Below are positions 49,228 through 59,890 of a stretch of 64,000 bases of DNA, piece by piece. Made by a program: the position numbers and the translations under genes. The notes below the pieces were generated by a model. The model was not told the origin of the DNA, ran no database searches, and saw nothing but the letters and a program-made list of their open reading frames with translations. The first letter of the stretch is position 1, and each line of letters starts with the position of its first letter. The stretch lies in sequence record DRR378314_818, one strand, 5' to 3'.

Positions 49228-49736
49228 AAGGCACCCTCCTGAATTGACGGCGTGTGGCGTTGAAAGCTTACTGACCCGGCGGGGCAGGCGCTGGCACAAG
49301 CGCCGCAGCCGGTGCAACTATTGATGTCGAGCACGGGCTCGGCGCGGCCACCGGTTTGCAGCTGAAAGCGGATCGCGCTGTGGTCGCAAACGTCCTGACA
49401 GATCCGGCAACTGACACCGTTCATCGACAGGCACGAGGCTGAGACTTTGGCGCGCCAGGGCCAGTCGGCTATGTGTTCGGGGTTCAGTGCCCCGGTTGGG
49501 CAAGCATTGGCGCAATCACCGCAGAAAGTGCAGGGACCTGAAGCCAACTGCACGACGGGCCAGCCTTCTGTATCAAAGTGGATGATATCTTCTGGGCAGG
49601 CTTCGCGGCATTCGTCGCATTGCGTACACAGATCAAGAAACTCGGCTGAATCTGCGCCGGGCGGGCGGATGGATGTCTGTTCATTGCGCAGCACTTTTCC
49701 CTTAAGAAATGCGCGGCGGCTGGCTAGCTTATTCAT
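49224..49736 (-). CDS. napF: NapF ferredoxin-type protein
   Basis: SRRAFL, IRPPG, four Cys clusters. Confidence 0.9.
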   Translation of the reverse strand: MNKLASRRAFLKGKVLRNEQTSIRPPGADSAEFLDLCTQCDECREACPEDIIHFDTEGWPVVQLASGPCTFCGDCANACPTGALNPEHIADWPWRAKVSASCLSMNGVSCRICQDVCDHSAIRFQLQTGGRAEPVLDINSCTGCGACASACPAGSVSFQRHTPSIQEGAL

Positions 49737-49815
49737 TCGCTTGCGACCTTATACAAAAGGGCAAGATTCAACCTGACCCTGAGTCGGGTTTTAGTGTACC
49801 CCGAACCTTGGGATA

Positions 49816-49829
49816 TTGACCTATGTCAT
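49816..49829. promoter_or_regulatory. FNR/DNR-like box upstream of napF
   Basis: TTGAC-CTAT-GTCAT. Confidence 0.6.
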
Positions 49830-49947
49830 TTTTTGACGGGTTTGGTTGATTGGTAACCGAAATTTATGCGCAGAAAATGCATCATTTCCGATTTCTTGAT
49901 TTCTTTTCATTCAAAGCCGCAAGATCGCACCAAACGAAATCGCCGTT

Positions 49948-51876
49948 TCAGGCGCGTTTCTCACCGATCGAAGTGACACCCAGAACAGACAACACTTTGG
50001 CCTCGATCTGTTCCGCGTTCATACCCGCCACAGCGTACATATCCGACGGGTTGGCCTGATCAATGAATACATCCGGCAGCACCATAGAGCGGTATTTTAG
50101 GCCGTGATCGAACACACCCTCATCCGCCAGCAGCTGCGCTACGTGACTGCCAAAACCCCCGATGGCCCCTTCTTCGATGGTAATCAATGCCTCGTGGTTC
50201 GTGGCCAGATCAAGGATCAGATCCCGGTCCAGTGGCTTGGCAAAGCGTGCGTCCGCGATGGTTGGCGTAATCCCCCGCGCGGTCAGTGCTTCTGCCGCCT
50301 TCTGCACTTCGGCCAGCCGCGTGCCAAATGACAACAGCGCCACACGGGCGCCTTTCTGGACCAGTCTGCCCTTGCCGATCTCCAGCACTTCGCCGCGTTC
50401 TGGAAGATCAACTCCGACACCTTCACCACGGGGATATCGGAACGCGATGGGACCATCGTCATATGCCACGGCGGTGGCGACCATGTGCATTAATTCAGCC
50501 TCATCCGCGGCGGCCATGACGACCATACCAGGCAGGTTGGCCATATACGCGATATCGTATGATCCTGCGTGGGTCGCGCCGTCAGCACCCACAAGACCTG
50601 CACGGTCGATGGCAAAGCGCACGGGCAGGCGCTGGATGGCGACATCATGGACCACCTGATCGTATCCACGCTGCAGAAAGGTGGAATATATCGCACAAAA
50701 TGGCTTCATCCCCCCCGCCGCCAGCGCGGCCGAGAAGGTTACGCCATGCTGTTCAGCAATCGCCACATCGAAGCAGCGAGACGGATAGCGTTCGGCAAAC
50801 AGGTTCAGACCGGTTCCATCTGGCATCGCGGCGGTAACCGCGACGATCTTGTCATCCCGCGCGGCTTCTTCGGCCAGAGTCTTGCCAAAGACCGAAGTGT
50901 ACGAGGGTGCGTTGGAGGGCGCTTTCTTTTGCTCGCCTGTGACCACGTCAAACTTTGCCGTCGCATGGCCCTTGTCACGGGCCTGCTCGGCTGGGGCATA
51001 ACCTTTGCCCTTTTTGGTCAGTACGTGGATCAAGATCGGGCCGGTCGCCTTGGCCTTGACCGCGCGCAATACCGGTAACAGCTGATCCAGATCATGCCCG
51101 TCGATCGGACCAAGATAGGAAAAGCCCAGCTCTTCGAACAGCGTTCCGCCCATGGCCATGCCTTTCAGCATCTCCTTGGCACGCTTTGCCCCTTCGCGGA
51201 AGGGTTCCGGCAGCAGCGATACCGCACCCTTGGCGGCGGCTTTCAGATCGTGGAACGGCTCTTCAGCATAAATGCGCGACAGGTAATTCGAAAGTGCGCC
51301 AACGGGCGGCGCAATGCTCATCTCATTGTCGTTGAGGATCACGATCAGACGTTTCTTTAGGTGGCCGGCGTTGTTCATCGCCTCAAAAGCCATACCTGCA
51401 GACATCGAGCCATCGCCGATCACCGCAATCGCATCCCCCAGACCTTCGGGCGTTACGCCACCCAGATCGCGCGCCACGGCAAATCCCAGCGCGGCACTGA
51501 TCGAAGTGCTGGAATGGGCCGCGCCAAACGGGTCATAGGGGCTTTCACTGCGTTTGGTGAAGCCGCTCAGGCCATCTTTCGTACGCAGGGTGCGAATGCG
51601 GTCACGGCGCTCGGTCAGGATTTTATGTGGATAACACTGGTGACCGACGTCCCAGACGATCTTGTCGCGCGGTGTATCGAACACGGCATGCAGCGCCGTG
51701 GTCAGTTCGACCACACCCAGACCTGCCCCCAGATGCCCGCCGGTAACCGAAACAGCCGAGATCGTCTCGGCCCGCAACTCGCCAGCCACCTGATGCAGCT
51801 GCGCGTCCGAGAATTGCTTGAGATCCGCAGGGCGGTTCACAAGGTCCAGCAGGGGCGTGTTCGGGCGGTCAGACAT
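49948..51876 (-). CDS. dxs: 1-deoxy-D-xylulose-5-phosphate synthase
   Basis: [28 protein letters not shown]...[16 protein letters not shown]. Confidence 0.97.
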   Translation of the reverse strand: MSDRPNTPLLDLVNRPADLKQFSDAQLHQVAGELRAETISAVSVTGGHLGAGLGVVELTTALHAVFDTPRDKIVWDVGHQCYPHKILTERRDRIRTLRTKDGLSGFTKRSESPYDPFGAAHSSTSISAALGFAVARDLGGVTPEGLGDAIAVIGDGSMSAGMAFEAMNNAGHLKKRLIVILNDNEMSIAPPVGALSNYLSRIYAEEPFHDLKAAAKGAVSLLPEPFREGAKRAKEMLKGMAMGGTLFEELGFSYLGPIDGHDLDQLLPVLRAVKAKATGPILIHVLTKKGKGYAPAEQARDKGHATAKFDVVTGEQKKAPSNAPSYTSVFGKTLAEEAARDDKIVAVTAAMPDGTGLNLFAERYPSRCFDVAIAEQHGVTFSAALAAGGMKPFCAIYSTFLQRGYDQVVHDVAIQRLPVRFAIDRAGLVGADGATHAGSYDIAYMANLPGMVVMAAADEAELMHMVATAVAYDDGPIAFRYPRGEGVGVDLPERGEVLEIGKGRLVQKGARVALLSFGTRLAEVQKAAEALTARGITPTIADARFAKPLDRDLILDLATNHEALITIEEGAIGGFGSHVAQLLADEGVFDHGLKYRSMVLPDVFIDQANPSDMYAVAGMNAEQIEAKVLSVLGVTSIGEKRA

Positions 51877-51890
51877 TTGGCGTTCCTGGC

Positions 51891-52757
51891 TTAGCTATCC
51901 CGGGCAATAACGAAGCGGGCAGCCTGCTTCAAGGTTTCAGCTGCGGGGCCATATCCGTCCAACGTTGCGCAAGCCTGTTCAACAAGCTCGGCGGCGCGGG
52001 ATTTGGCAGCGTCCAGACCCAGTAGCGAGACAAAGGTCGCCTTGCCTGCATTCGCATCTTTCTGCAGCCGCTTTCCGGCCTTTTCGGCATCTCCTTCGAC
52101 ATCCAAGATGTCATCCGTGATTTGAAAAGCAAGGCCAAGGGCTTGGGCATATCGGCGCAGGGGCTCGGGGTCGGCCTGAGCCAACCGCGCGCCTGCGCAG
52201 GCGGACCATTCGATCAAAGCGCCGGTTTTACCAGCTTGCAGATGGGTGATTTCTTCAAGTGTCAACGGTGCGGCAGCTGTTTCCGCCGCAATATCCAGCG
52301 CCTGGCCTAGAACCATGCCTTGCGCCCCGCTGGCCTTAGCCAGCGTCAGAGCCAATTCTGCGCGTATTTTGGTGCTCCCAACCTCAGGCCGGGTGCAAAG
52401 CTCAAGAGCGAGTGCCTGTAGCGCGTCACCGGCCAGCACTGCAGTGCCTTCATCCCATTTTATATGTACCGTGGGACGACCACGCCGAAGATCATCATCG
52501 TCCATACATGGCAGGTCGTCATGAACCAGAGAATAGGCATGCAGTGCTTCAATCCCAGTCGCAGGCCAGATCGCCTGTGCTGAACCAACCCCATGCAAGC
52601 GCGCGCTTTCAAGCACCAGGAACCCGCGTAGACGCTTGCCGCCCCGCGTGGCATAGGCCATCGCCTGGGTCACATCCAGATCGTCAAGCGCCCCCAGAAC
52701 CAGATCGAATTGGTTCTGAATCCGCGCTGCATCCTGCGCCAGCTTTTCGCGAAACAT
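51891..52757 (-). CDS. ispA: Farnesyl diphosphate synthase
   Basis: [30 protein letters not shown]. Confidence 0.93.
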   Translation of the reverse strand: MFREKLAQDAARIQNQFDLVLGALDDLDVTQAMAYATRGGKRLRGFLVLESARLHGVGSAQAIWPATGIEALHAYSLVHDDLPCMDDDDLRRGRPTVHIKWDEGTAVLAGDALQALALELCTRPEVGSTKIRAELALTLAKASGAQGMVLGQALDIAAETAAAPLTLEEITHLQAGKTGALIEWSACAGARLAQADPEPLRRYAQALGLAFQITDDILDVEGDAEKAGKRLQKDANAGKATFVSLLGLDAAKSRAAELVEQACATLDGYGPAAETLKQAARFVIARDS

Positions 52758-53000
52758 TTACTGACCTTCGACAGGCGTCGTCCCGGTTGGCTGGCCATCA
52801 GCGTCCAGCGTGATCGCGGCCACTTTCTCTTCAGCCCGCTTCAATTCATCCTCGCAGCGTTTCTTCAAAGCAGCGCCACGCTCGTACAGGGCAATCGACT
52901 GATCCAGCGCGACATCTCCGCGTTCCAGTTGGCCCACCACGGCCTCAAGCTCTTTCATCGCCTGTTCAAACGTCATCTGTTCTACTGGAGTATCGGTCAT
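52758..53000 (-). CDS. xseB: Exodeoxyribonuclease VII small subunit
   Basis: FEQAMKELE..V..LERG...L..S...YERG; xseB-ispA-dxs synteny. Confidence 0.93.
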   Translation of the reverse strand: MTDTPVEQMTFEQAMKELEAVVGQLERGDVALDQSIALYERGAALKKRCEDELKRAEEKVAAITLDADGQPTGTTPVEGQ

Positions 53001-53923
53001 CGTGCTGCTTTCATCAGTTCTTCCACATGCGCGCGTGTCGCTTCGGCCAGTGCGTTCAGATCATACCCACCTTCCAGAGTCGAGACGATACGGCCCTGAC
53101 ACAGCTCATTGGCGATCTTGCACAGCTCGGCCGTGATCCAGGCGAAATCGCCCGTGGACCAATTGAGATTGGCCAGCGGGTCATCCTGATGTGCATCAAA
53201 CCCGGCAGATATGATGATCAGTTCCGGCTTGAACGCCCGCAGGCGCGGAAAGGCCTGCGTTTCATAAGCCGTCCGCATCTCAGCCCCGCCTGTGCCGGGA
53301 GCCAGGGGTATGTTCAGCACCGTTTCATAAACGCCGGTTTCGTCCGAACGGCCAGAGCCGGGCCACAAAGGCATCTGCTGACTGGTAATCACCAATGCGC
53401 GCTTTTCGTCCCACAGCAGATCCTGCGTGCCATTGCCGTGATGCACGTCGAAATCCACAACCGCGACGCGGCTCAATCCGTGGTGATCCAGCGCATGCTT
53501 GGCAGCCAGCGCGGCATTGCCAAACAGGCAGAACCCCATGGCGGCTTCGGTCTCGGCATGGTGTCCCGGTGGTCGTATCGCGCAAAACGCGTTCGGTACC
53601 TCACCACCCAAGACCAGATCGACGGCCCGAACCACAGCACCCGCCGCGCGATAGGCCGCATCAACCGACCCCGGAGACATGAAGGTATCGCCATCAATCT
53701 GCTTGAACCCATCTAAGGGTCTGCTGTCGAGGATATTACTAATGTGACTTTGTGGATGAATGCGCAGCAGATCGTCATCCGCCGCCAGAGGCGCCGTCAC
53801 CCGCTGTAAATCCAGACCCTCCAGCGCATGTAGGACATGCTCCAATCGCGCCACACGTTCCGGGTGGCCTTGCGGCGTTACATGACCAAGACAATCAGCG
53901 TGGGTCAAAAGGGCGGTTTTCAT
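52997..53923 (-). CDS. Histone deacetylase-family amidohydrolase
   Basis: HPERVARL, RPPGHHA, DFDVHHGNGTQ, SAGFDAH, LEGGY. Confidence 0.93.
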   Translation of the reverse strand: MKTALLTHADCLGHVTPQGHPERVARLEHVLHALEGLDLQRVTAPLAADDDLLRIHPQSHISNILDSRPLDGFKQIDGDTFMSPGSVDAAYRAAGAVVRAVDLVLGGEVPNAFCAIRPPGHHAETEAAMGFCLFGNAALAAKHALDHHGLSRVAVVDFDVHHGNGTQDLLWDEKRALVITSQQMPLWPGSGRSDETGVYETVLNIPLAPGTGGAEMRTAYETQAFPRLRAFKPELIIISAGFDAHQDDPLANLNWSTGDFAWITAELCKIANELCQGRIVSTLEGGYDLNALAEATRAHVEELMKAAR

Positions 53924-53992
53924 CAGGATCCGATCTTCATCTGGCTAAAAATACCTTCGCCGAAGGCATAAAAACGCCGCGCAGCGGCTAAA

Positions 53993-54694
53993 TCAATCAG
54001 GGGCCAACATATAGCCCGCACCGCGCACGGTCTGCAGATAGCGCGGCTGTTTCGGATCCTGCTCCAGCTTTCGACGCAGGCGCGTGATCTGCACATCCAC
54101 GGCGCGTTCCTGCGCCTGTCCCTTGTCGCGTCCCAGATCCTCGACCAGTTTGGCGCGGCTGATCGCTTCACCGGGCTGGGCCGAAAATATCTTCATCAGC
54201 TGGCTTTCAGTTGCGGTCAGACGCACCGGGTCTTCCCCCTGCCACATCTCGCCCCGCTCGATATCATATCGAATTGGTCCAAGATTCAGGATCTTGGCCG
54301 CTGTGTCCTGCGCCGGTGTTTCCGGCATCCGGCGTAGAATCGCATTGATCCTCAGCAGCAGCTCTTTGGGCTCGAACGGCTTCGCCAGATAATCATCCGC
54401 GCCGGCCTCTAACCCGGCGATCCGATGCTCGGTTTCGCCTTTGGCTGTCAGCAGCAGGATCGGGGTTGAATGCGTTTCGCGCAAGGCCCGGGTCAGGCTG
54501 ACGCCGTCCTCGCCGGGCATCATCACGTCCAGCACGATCATATCGAAATCCAATCCTGACAGCACGCGCCGTGCATGGGCGGCATCGCGCGCGGACGTCA
54601 CCAGAAACCCGCTGCGCATCAGGAATTTCTTGAGCAGATCGCGAATGCGCTCGTCATCGTCGACGATCAGAAGATGGGCGTCCATTTCGCTCAT
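53993..54694 (-). CDS. petR: OmpR-family response regulator (PetR-like)
   Basis: Receiver domain (VDDD, LDVMMPG, KPF) plus winged helix (YLQTVRGAGY); coupled to a MarR gene. Confidence 0.85.
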   Translation of the reverse strand: MSEMDAHLLIVDDDERIRDLLKKFLMRSGFLVTSARDAAHARRVLSGLDFDMIVLDVMMPGEDGVSLTRALRETHSTPILLLTAKGETEHRIAGLEAGADDYLAKPFEPKELLLRINAILRRMPETPAQDTAAKILNLGPIRYDIERGEMWQGEDPVRLTATESQLMKIFSAQPGEAISRAKLVEDLGRDKGQAQERAVDVQITRLRRKLEQDPKQPRYLQTVRGAGYMLAPD

Positions 54695-55203
54695 AAAGTT
54701 GTATCCCGCAGTTTCGTATATGCACGACGCATATCAGCATCCATCATCGCTTCAAGCACTTTGCGAAATCCAGCGACAGCGTCGGGACCCGCATCCTTAT
54801 AGGCCGCGCGCATTCGGGCGCGCTGGGCGTCGGACAATTTAGCCTCTAACGCCTTACCTTTCTCAGTCAGAAATAGGTGGCGTTCGCGTTTGTCCACTGT
54901 TCCGACCCGGCTTTCAACCAGCCCATCTTCGATCAGGCTGCGCAAAACGCGGTTCAGAGACTGCTTTGTGACGCCCAATATGGCCAGCAGATTGTTGACG
55001 GTTGTGCCCGGAGCACGATTGATAAAGTGAATAGCACGGTGGTGCGCACGGCCATACGCCAACTCGGTCAGGATACGGTCGGGATCGGCGGTAAAGCCGC
55101 GATAGGCAAAAAACATGGCCTCGATGCCCTGCCTCAGTTGCTCATCTGTCAGAAACAACAGGCTTTCTCCGCCAAAGACCGGGGCGGGACGGATGTCGGA
55201 CAT
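54691..55203 (-). CDS. petP: MarR-family regulator (PetP-like)
   Basis: FFAYRGFTADPD, GRAHHRA, VTKQSLNRVL, DKRER; start uncertain. Confidence 0.8.
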   Translation of the reverse strand: MSDIRPAPVFGGESLLFLTDEQLRQGIEAMFFAYRGFTADPDRILTELAYGRAHHRAIHFINRAPGTTVNNLLAILGVTKQSLNRVLRSLIEDGLVESRVGTVDKRERHLFLTEKGKALEAKLSDAQRARMRAAYKDAGPDAVAGFRKVLEAMMDADMRRAYTKLRDTTL

Positions 55204-55361
55204 GTCGGGCCTCATTCGCAATGTGGTTCGACTTTATGTCAGCCTTATTGACATTCCAAGAGTGCACAGGTATCGAATCGCAGTTTTTGCGCAACAATAT
55301 GTCCGATGCGGACCTAATCGGCGCAACAATCGAAAATGTAACCCGGTTCAGGAGGTTTCGC

Positions 55362-56228
55362 ATGGCGGGATATGATGATCGTGACGGTGTCATCTGGATG
55401 GATGGCGAACTGGTGCCCTGGCGTGAGGCTAATGTGCACATCCTGTCCCACGCGATGCACTATGCGTCTTCGGTGTTTGAGGGTGAGCGCGCCTATAATG
55501 GCAAAATCTTCAAAAGCCGCGCGCATTCCGAGCGTCTGATCGCGTCGGCCGAGGCGTTGGATATGCCGATGCCTTACTCGGTCGACGATATCGAAGCCGC
55601 CAAGGAAGAGGCGTTGAAAGCCAGTGGTTTGCAGGATGCTTATGTCCGCGCGCTGGTCTGGCGCGGATCGGGCGAGGATATGGGTGTAGCCTCTGCCAAG
55701 AACCCGGTTCGGATGGCCATCGCAATCTGGCCTTGGGGTGCCTATTACGGCGACGCCAAGATGCAAGGTGCTAAGCTGGACATCGCCGAGTGGAAGCGCC
55801 CCAGCCCTGAAACCATTCCGGTGCATGCCAAGGCGGCGGGTCTTTATATGATCTGCACCATCTCAAAGCATAAGGCTGAGGCAAAGGGGTGCTCGGACGC
55901 GCTGTTCATGGACTACAAGGGCAATGTGGCCGAGGCGACCGGTGCAAACGTCTTTTTCGTCAAAGATGGTGAGGTGCATACCCCGCTGGCCGATTGCTTT
56001 CTGAACGGCATCACCCGTCAGACTGTGATCCAGATGTTGAAAGACAAGGGCGTCACCGTTCACGAACGCCGCATCAGACCCGAAGAGATGGCCGAATTCG
56101 AACAGTGCTGGCTGACCGGAACAGCGGCCGAAGTGACACCGGTCGGGCAAATCGGCGACTACACGTTTGAGGTCGGCGAACTGACCCGCCAGATCGCTGA
56201 AGACTACGAAAAGCTGGTCCGCGCATAA
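55362..56228 (+). CDS. ilvE: Branched-chain amino acid aminotransferase
   Basis: HYASSVFEG, AKAAGLY, EATGAN, LNGITR, GTAAEVTPV; RBS AGGAGG. Confidence 0.93.
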   Translation: MAGYDDRDGVIWMDGELVPWREANVHILSHAMHYASSVFEGERAYNGKIFKSRAHSERLIASAEALDMPMPYSVDDIEAAKEEALKASGLQDAYVRALVWRGSGEDMGVASAKNPVRMAIAIWPWGAYYGDAKMQGAKLDIAEWKRPSPETIPVHAKAAGLYMICTISKHKAEAKGCSDALFMDYKGNVAEATGANVFFVKDGEVHTPLADCFLNGITRQTVIQMLKDKGVTVHERRIRPEEMAEFEQCWLTGTAAEVTPVGQIGDYTFEVGELTRQIAEDYEKLVRA

Positions 56229-56240
56229 CCCAAACCCGCT

Positions 56241-56268
56241 TCGAACCCCCGCTCTGGCAGGGGTTCGA
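56241..56268 (+). terminator. Hairpin after ilvE
   Basis: TCGAACCCC-N10-GGGGTTCGA, without a clear U tract. Confidence 0.45.
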
Positions 56269-56344
56269 GACGCAGTTCGTGCATATTTCCATGCAGATCG
56301 TCCCAGGATATGGACGTTGCTGCGCTTGGCCGTATTCTTGAACC

Positions 56345-57295
56345 ATGTTGGATCTTCTCAGCGATATTCTCACCCGCTTGTCTTTGCGCGGCACGTTTTA
56401 CTTCCGCACATCCTTTACCCCACCCTTCGGGATACAGGTGCCGGGCTACGAAAACGTGGCCCGGTTTCACTTTGTCCAGCGCGGTGAGCTGAAGGTTCAT
56501 CTTTCAGTGACAGGTGAGACGTTAAGGCTGCGGCAAGGGGATCTGATCCTGATCCCTCATGGTGCGCCACATGCGTTGATGTGTAATGAGGTCAATCCGT
56601 TAGATGCACTGCCCCTGGAGCAGGTGTTGGAACAATCGGGCTACAAGGGCGATGGCGTTCTGGTCTATGGCGGCATCGAGGAAGAGCGCGATACGCAACT
56701 TATCTGCGGCCATTTCTCATTCACTGGCCCTGCCGGGCGAAACGGGGCCGGGCATATGCTAATTGACCGCCTGCCCCCCTACATTCTGATCCAGAATTAC
56801 GGGGAAGAAGCAGGTTCGTGGATCGAGGCCACGTTGCGCATGATCGGATCAGAAGTATCCGGTGCCCGAATTGGCGGCGATCTGATCGCGATGAAGCTGT
56901 CCGAAGTGCTGTTTGCGCAAGCAATCAGGGCCTATCTGGAACATCAAAGCCCCGATGATGCCGCGCTGTCTGGTTTTGCTGATCCGCGCATCTCGCGGGC
57001 GCTGACGGCGTTTCACCAATCTCCGGCGCAAGAGTGGAGCGTCGCGACGCTCGCGCGAGAGGCGGCGATGTCGCGCACCGCATTTGCGCAGCTCTTTGCC
57101 CAAAAAATGGGAACAACCCCAATGCAGTATCTGACGGATTGGCGGATGCAGATCGCCTGCCATGGGTTGACCGAAAGCCGTTGGAACGTGGCAGATGCCG
57201 CTGCCGAGGTTGGTTATGCGTCCGAGGCTGCATTTTCGCGCGTGTTCAAAAAACAAGTTGGCTTGTCGCCCGCTGCATATCGGGCGATGCACTAG
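56345..57295 (+). CDS. AraC-family regulator with cupin domain
   Basis: MDLLSDIL-type start, LICGHF, MSRTAFA, VGYASEAAFSRVFKK. Confidence 0.92.
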   Translation: MLDLLSDILTRLSLRGTFYFRTSFTPPFGIQVPGYENVARFHFVQRGELKVHLSVTGETLRLRQGDLILIPHGAPHALMCNEVNPLDALPLEQVLEQSGYKGDGVLVYGGIEEERDTQLICGHFSFTGPAGRNGAGHMLIDRLPPYILIQNYGEEAGSWIEATLRMIGSEVSGARIGGDLIAMKLSEVLFAQAIRAYLEHQSPDDAALSGFADPRISRALTAFHQSPAQEWSVATLAREAAMSRTAFAQLFAQKMGTTPMQYLTDWRMQIACHGLTESRWNVADAAAEVGYASEAAFSRVFKKQVGLSPAAYRAMH

Positions 57296-57406
57296 ACGTT
57301 CAAAATATTTGGACGATCTGCAATACTTAGCAAACGATCAGGGATACTACGTTCGAACTACCGGCCCTATTCTTTAGCCATCATTGATTGAAGAAAGGAA
57401 GTTCAC

Positions 57407-57772
57407 ATGTCTCTGCGTTTTGTCACCCGCTCTGTCCATGCGTATCTCGACTACCCGGTTGCGGTTGCGCTGATGGTGTTGCCTTTTGTTCTGGGGCTGG
57501 GTCAGTCCAACCCGATGGCGCTCTGGTTGTCCGTTGTTACGGGTATTGCTGCTTTTGTGCTGACCGTTCTGACAGATCACCATCTCGGCATTTGGCGCGT
57601 GTTGTCTTACAAGTTCCACCAAGCCGTTGATCTGCTGGTTGGCGTCACGTTCTTGCTGGCACCCAGCCTGTTTGGATTTTCGGGGCTTGATGCGCTGTTC
57701 TACTGGGTGAACGGTGCTGCGGTCGTTGTCGTCATTTCCCTCAGCGCACCAGAGCGGAGCGCTGTGGCCTGA
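57407..57772 (+). CDS. SPW-repeat-like small membrane protein
   Basis: HAYLDY...TDH.LG...H..VD..VG pattern, four TM segments. Confidence 0.7.
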   Translation: MSLRFVTRSVHAYLDYPVAVALMVLPFVLGLGQSNPMALWLSVVTGIAAFVLTVLTDHHLGIWRVLSYKFHQAVDLLVGVTFLLAPSLFGFSGLDALFYWVNGAAVVVVISLSAPERSAVA

Positions 57773-58037
57773 ACTAACATCAGCGTCGTGAAGCTTTGAT
57801 GGGCCATGCGGGTAACCGGGTGGCCCCATTCATATCAGGCTCTAATTAAGGGAATTTGACCAACAAGCTGGTAATCCGCAAAAATTTTCCTGCTTGAATT
57901 TTCCGATAAAAACTATCAGATATAACGCAACGCCAGATGATAACATCAAGCATTAAGTTCCGAGGCGATCTGTGGGCTCAGCTAATGCAGATGTGAAGGC
58001 CTGCCATCGCCCCGGGAACGACGGTAGGAGGCCGCGC

Positions 58038-58247
58038 ATGCGCGATCGATTTGAAGAATTGATGGACGATCCCTGCTGCGCGTCATGTGATTGTGATGCA
58101 CTGACATCGGATGTTGCTGCATATCTCGACCACAAGACATGCGATGCCGAACGCTGTCGAAAGCTTGAGGAAAACTCTGACGTAAAGCCGCAGCCTGTCA
58201 GGCGCGCATCATTGCGCGCGCTGAACGAAGGAGATTCGCGAGCTTAG
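58038..58247 (+). CDS. Small Cys-rich hypothetical protein (69 aa)
   Basis: RBS AGGAGG before ATG 58038; CCASCDC...C....C. Confidence 0.5.
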   Translation: MRDRFEELMDDPCCASCDCDALTSDVAAYLDHKTCDAERCRKLEENSDVKPQPVRRASLRALNEGDSRA

Positions 58248-58843
58248 AAGTCCACGCCGCGTTGGGCTTTGATACCGGCCTGAAACGGATGTTTTTCTTC
58301 GGTCATCTCAGTCACCAGATCCGCATAGTCACGCAAAGCCTGCGGGGCATCCCGGCCCGTCATGAACACACTGGTTTTGTCCGAACGGGCCTGAAGCCCT
58401 TCAATAACAGTGTCTACTGAAAGGTATTCGTAACGCAGGGCTATATTGATTTCGTCCAGAACAACCAGATCGTAGTCACCACTTTTCATCAGATCACAGG
58501 CTTTGTTGAAGGCCGAAGTCGCCGCTGCGATGTCGCGTTCGCGGTCCTGCGTATCCCAGGTAAAGCCTTCGCCCATTGTATGCCAGGTTACCAGATCGCG
58601 TTCTTCGAAGAACCTGCGCTCTCCGGTCTTCCATTTGCCCTTGATGAACTGGACCACCGCAACCTTTTGACTCCAGCCCAACGCCCGGATCACCACGCCA
58701 AAAGCGGCCGAAGACTTGCCTTTGCCTTTGCCGGTATTGATCAGAACCAGCCCTCGGCCGGGATCAACCGCCTCGGACACTTTCTTGCGGTGCTTGGCCT
58801 GCACCTCTTGCATCTTGTCTTTGTGGTTCTGTGCGTCGCTCAT
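58244..58843 (-). CDS. cobO: Cob(I)yrinic acid a,c-diamide adenosyltransferase
   Basis: NTGKGKGKSS, VQFIKG, GFTW, LDEIN, TGR, KHPF..G. Confidence 0.94.
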   Translation of the reverse strand: MSDAQNHKDKMQEVQAKHRKKVSEAVDPGRGLVLINTGKGKGKSSAAFGVVIRALGWSQKVAVVQFIKGKWKTGERRFFEERDLVTWHTMGEGFTWDTQDRERDIAAATSAFNKACDLMKSGDYDLVVLDEINIALRYEYLSVDTVIEGLQARSDKTSVFMTGRDAPQALRDYADLVTEMTEEKHPFQAGIKAQRGVDF

Positions 58844-58901
58844 TGGGAAACCTCATAGGTATATCGCGCCCCAAACTAGGGGAAGTTTGCGAAAGGTAAA
58901 G

Positions 58902-59837
58902 TCAGGCTTTGGGGTCGGTAACAGACCGCGCTTTGGTGCGGTCGAGCCCAAGTTGGTGTTCGCGAAGGATCACCACCACGTTACCGGCAATCACCAGCGC
59001 CGCGCCGCCCAGCATCACCAGTGTCGGCAGCTCATCAAACCAGATGTATCCGATGATGATGGCAAACAGCATTGTTGTGTAGTCATAAGGCGCCAGCATC
59101 GAAGCTTGGCCAAACTTGTAGGAAGAGGTCACCAGAATCTGTGCTACTCCGCCGATCACGCCCATGGTCACCAGCAATGCGGCTTGCTCCCAGCTTGGGA
59201 TCACCCAACCCCAGAACGCCGTCAGGCTCGAAAGCAAAGTCGCAGTGAGAGAGAAGTAGAACACGATCGCAGCCGGATGATCCACCTGCACCAGTTGGCG
59301 AATATGTATCTGCACAAACGCGCGCGCAACAGTGGCCGCTAAAACGCAGAGCGCACCAATTGTTGCCGCGGTTTCAGCAGTACCTGACCCCAGGCGGGGC
59401 CAGACCATGATCAGAACACCAAAAAGGCCAAGGGCAACCGCGCCAATGCGGATCATTCGTATCCGCTCACCCAACATGATCGCCGCCAGGATCAGCGTAA
59501 AAATCGGGGTGGCATAGCCAATGGCCGTGACCTCGGGCAGAGGCAGCAGGCTAAGGCCGGTAAAGGTCAATCCCATGGCCGACGTGCCCAAAACACCACG
59601 CCAGAAATGGCCCATGGGCTTTTTTACGATGAAACCTTGTGCCAATTCTCCACGCCAACTTAGCCAGACAATGATGACCGGAATGGCAAATAATGACCGG
59701 AAAAACACCATCTCACCCGGAGGAAAATCATCTGACAGCGCCTTGACCAAAGCAGACATCGACGTGAACAGCACCAGCGCACCGAGCTTTAGCGCCACGG
59801 CAAGTGCCGGACGATGCGATGTTAAGGATTCCGCCAT
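58902..59837 (-). CDS. DMT/EamA-family transporter
   Basis: About 10 TM segments, EamA repeats (FFRS, LGERI, APYDY). Confidence 0.88.
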   Translation of the reverse strand: MAESLTSHRPALAVALKLGALVLFTSMSALVKALSDDFPPGEMVFFRSLFAIPVIIVWLSWRGELAQGFIVKKPMGHFWRGVLGTSAMGLTFTGLSLLPLPEVTAIGYATPIFTLILAAIMLGERIRMIRIGAVALGLFGVLIMVWPRLGSGTAETAATIGALCVLAATVARAFVQIHIRQLVQVDHPAAIVFYFSLTATLLSSLTAFWGWVIPSWEQAALLVTMGVIGGVAQILVTSSYKFGQASMLAPYDYTTMLFAIIIGYIWFDELPTLVMLGGAALVIAGNVVVILREHQLGLDRTKARSVTDPKA

Positions 59838-59890
59838 GGCGCGACCCTGCGCTTTTGCGTAAAAAAGATCAACAGGCCGAAATGCCCGCG

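Noticed and set aside
12241-49947. att-site duplication of the tRNA-Thr 3' end bounding the denitrification cluster
   Set aside because: Only short chance matches (TGAGGCAC near 15395 and 42533, both inside genes); none at the napF/dxs boundary, and no integrase or transposase in the window.
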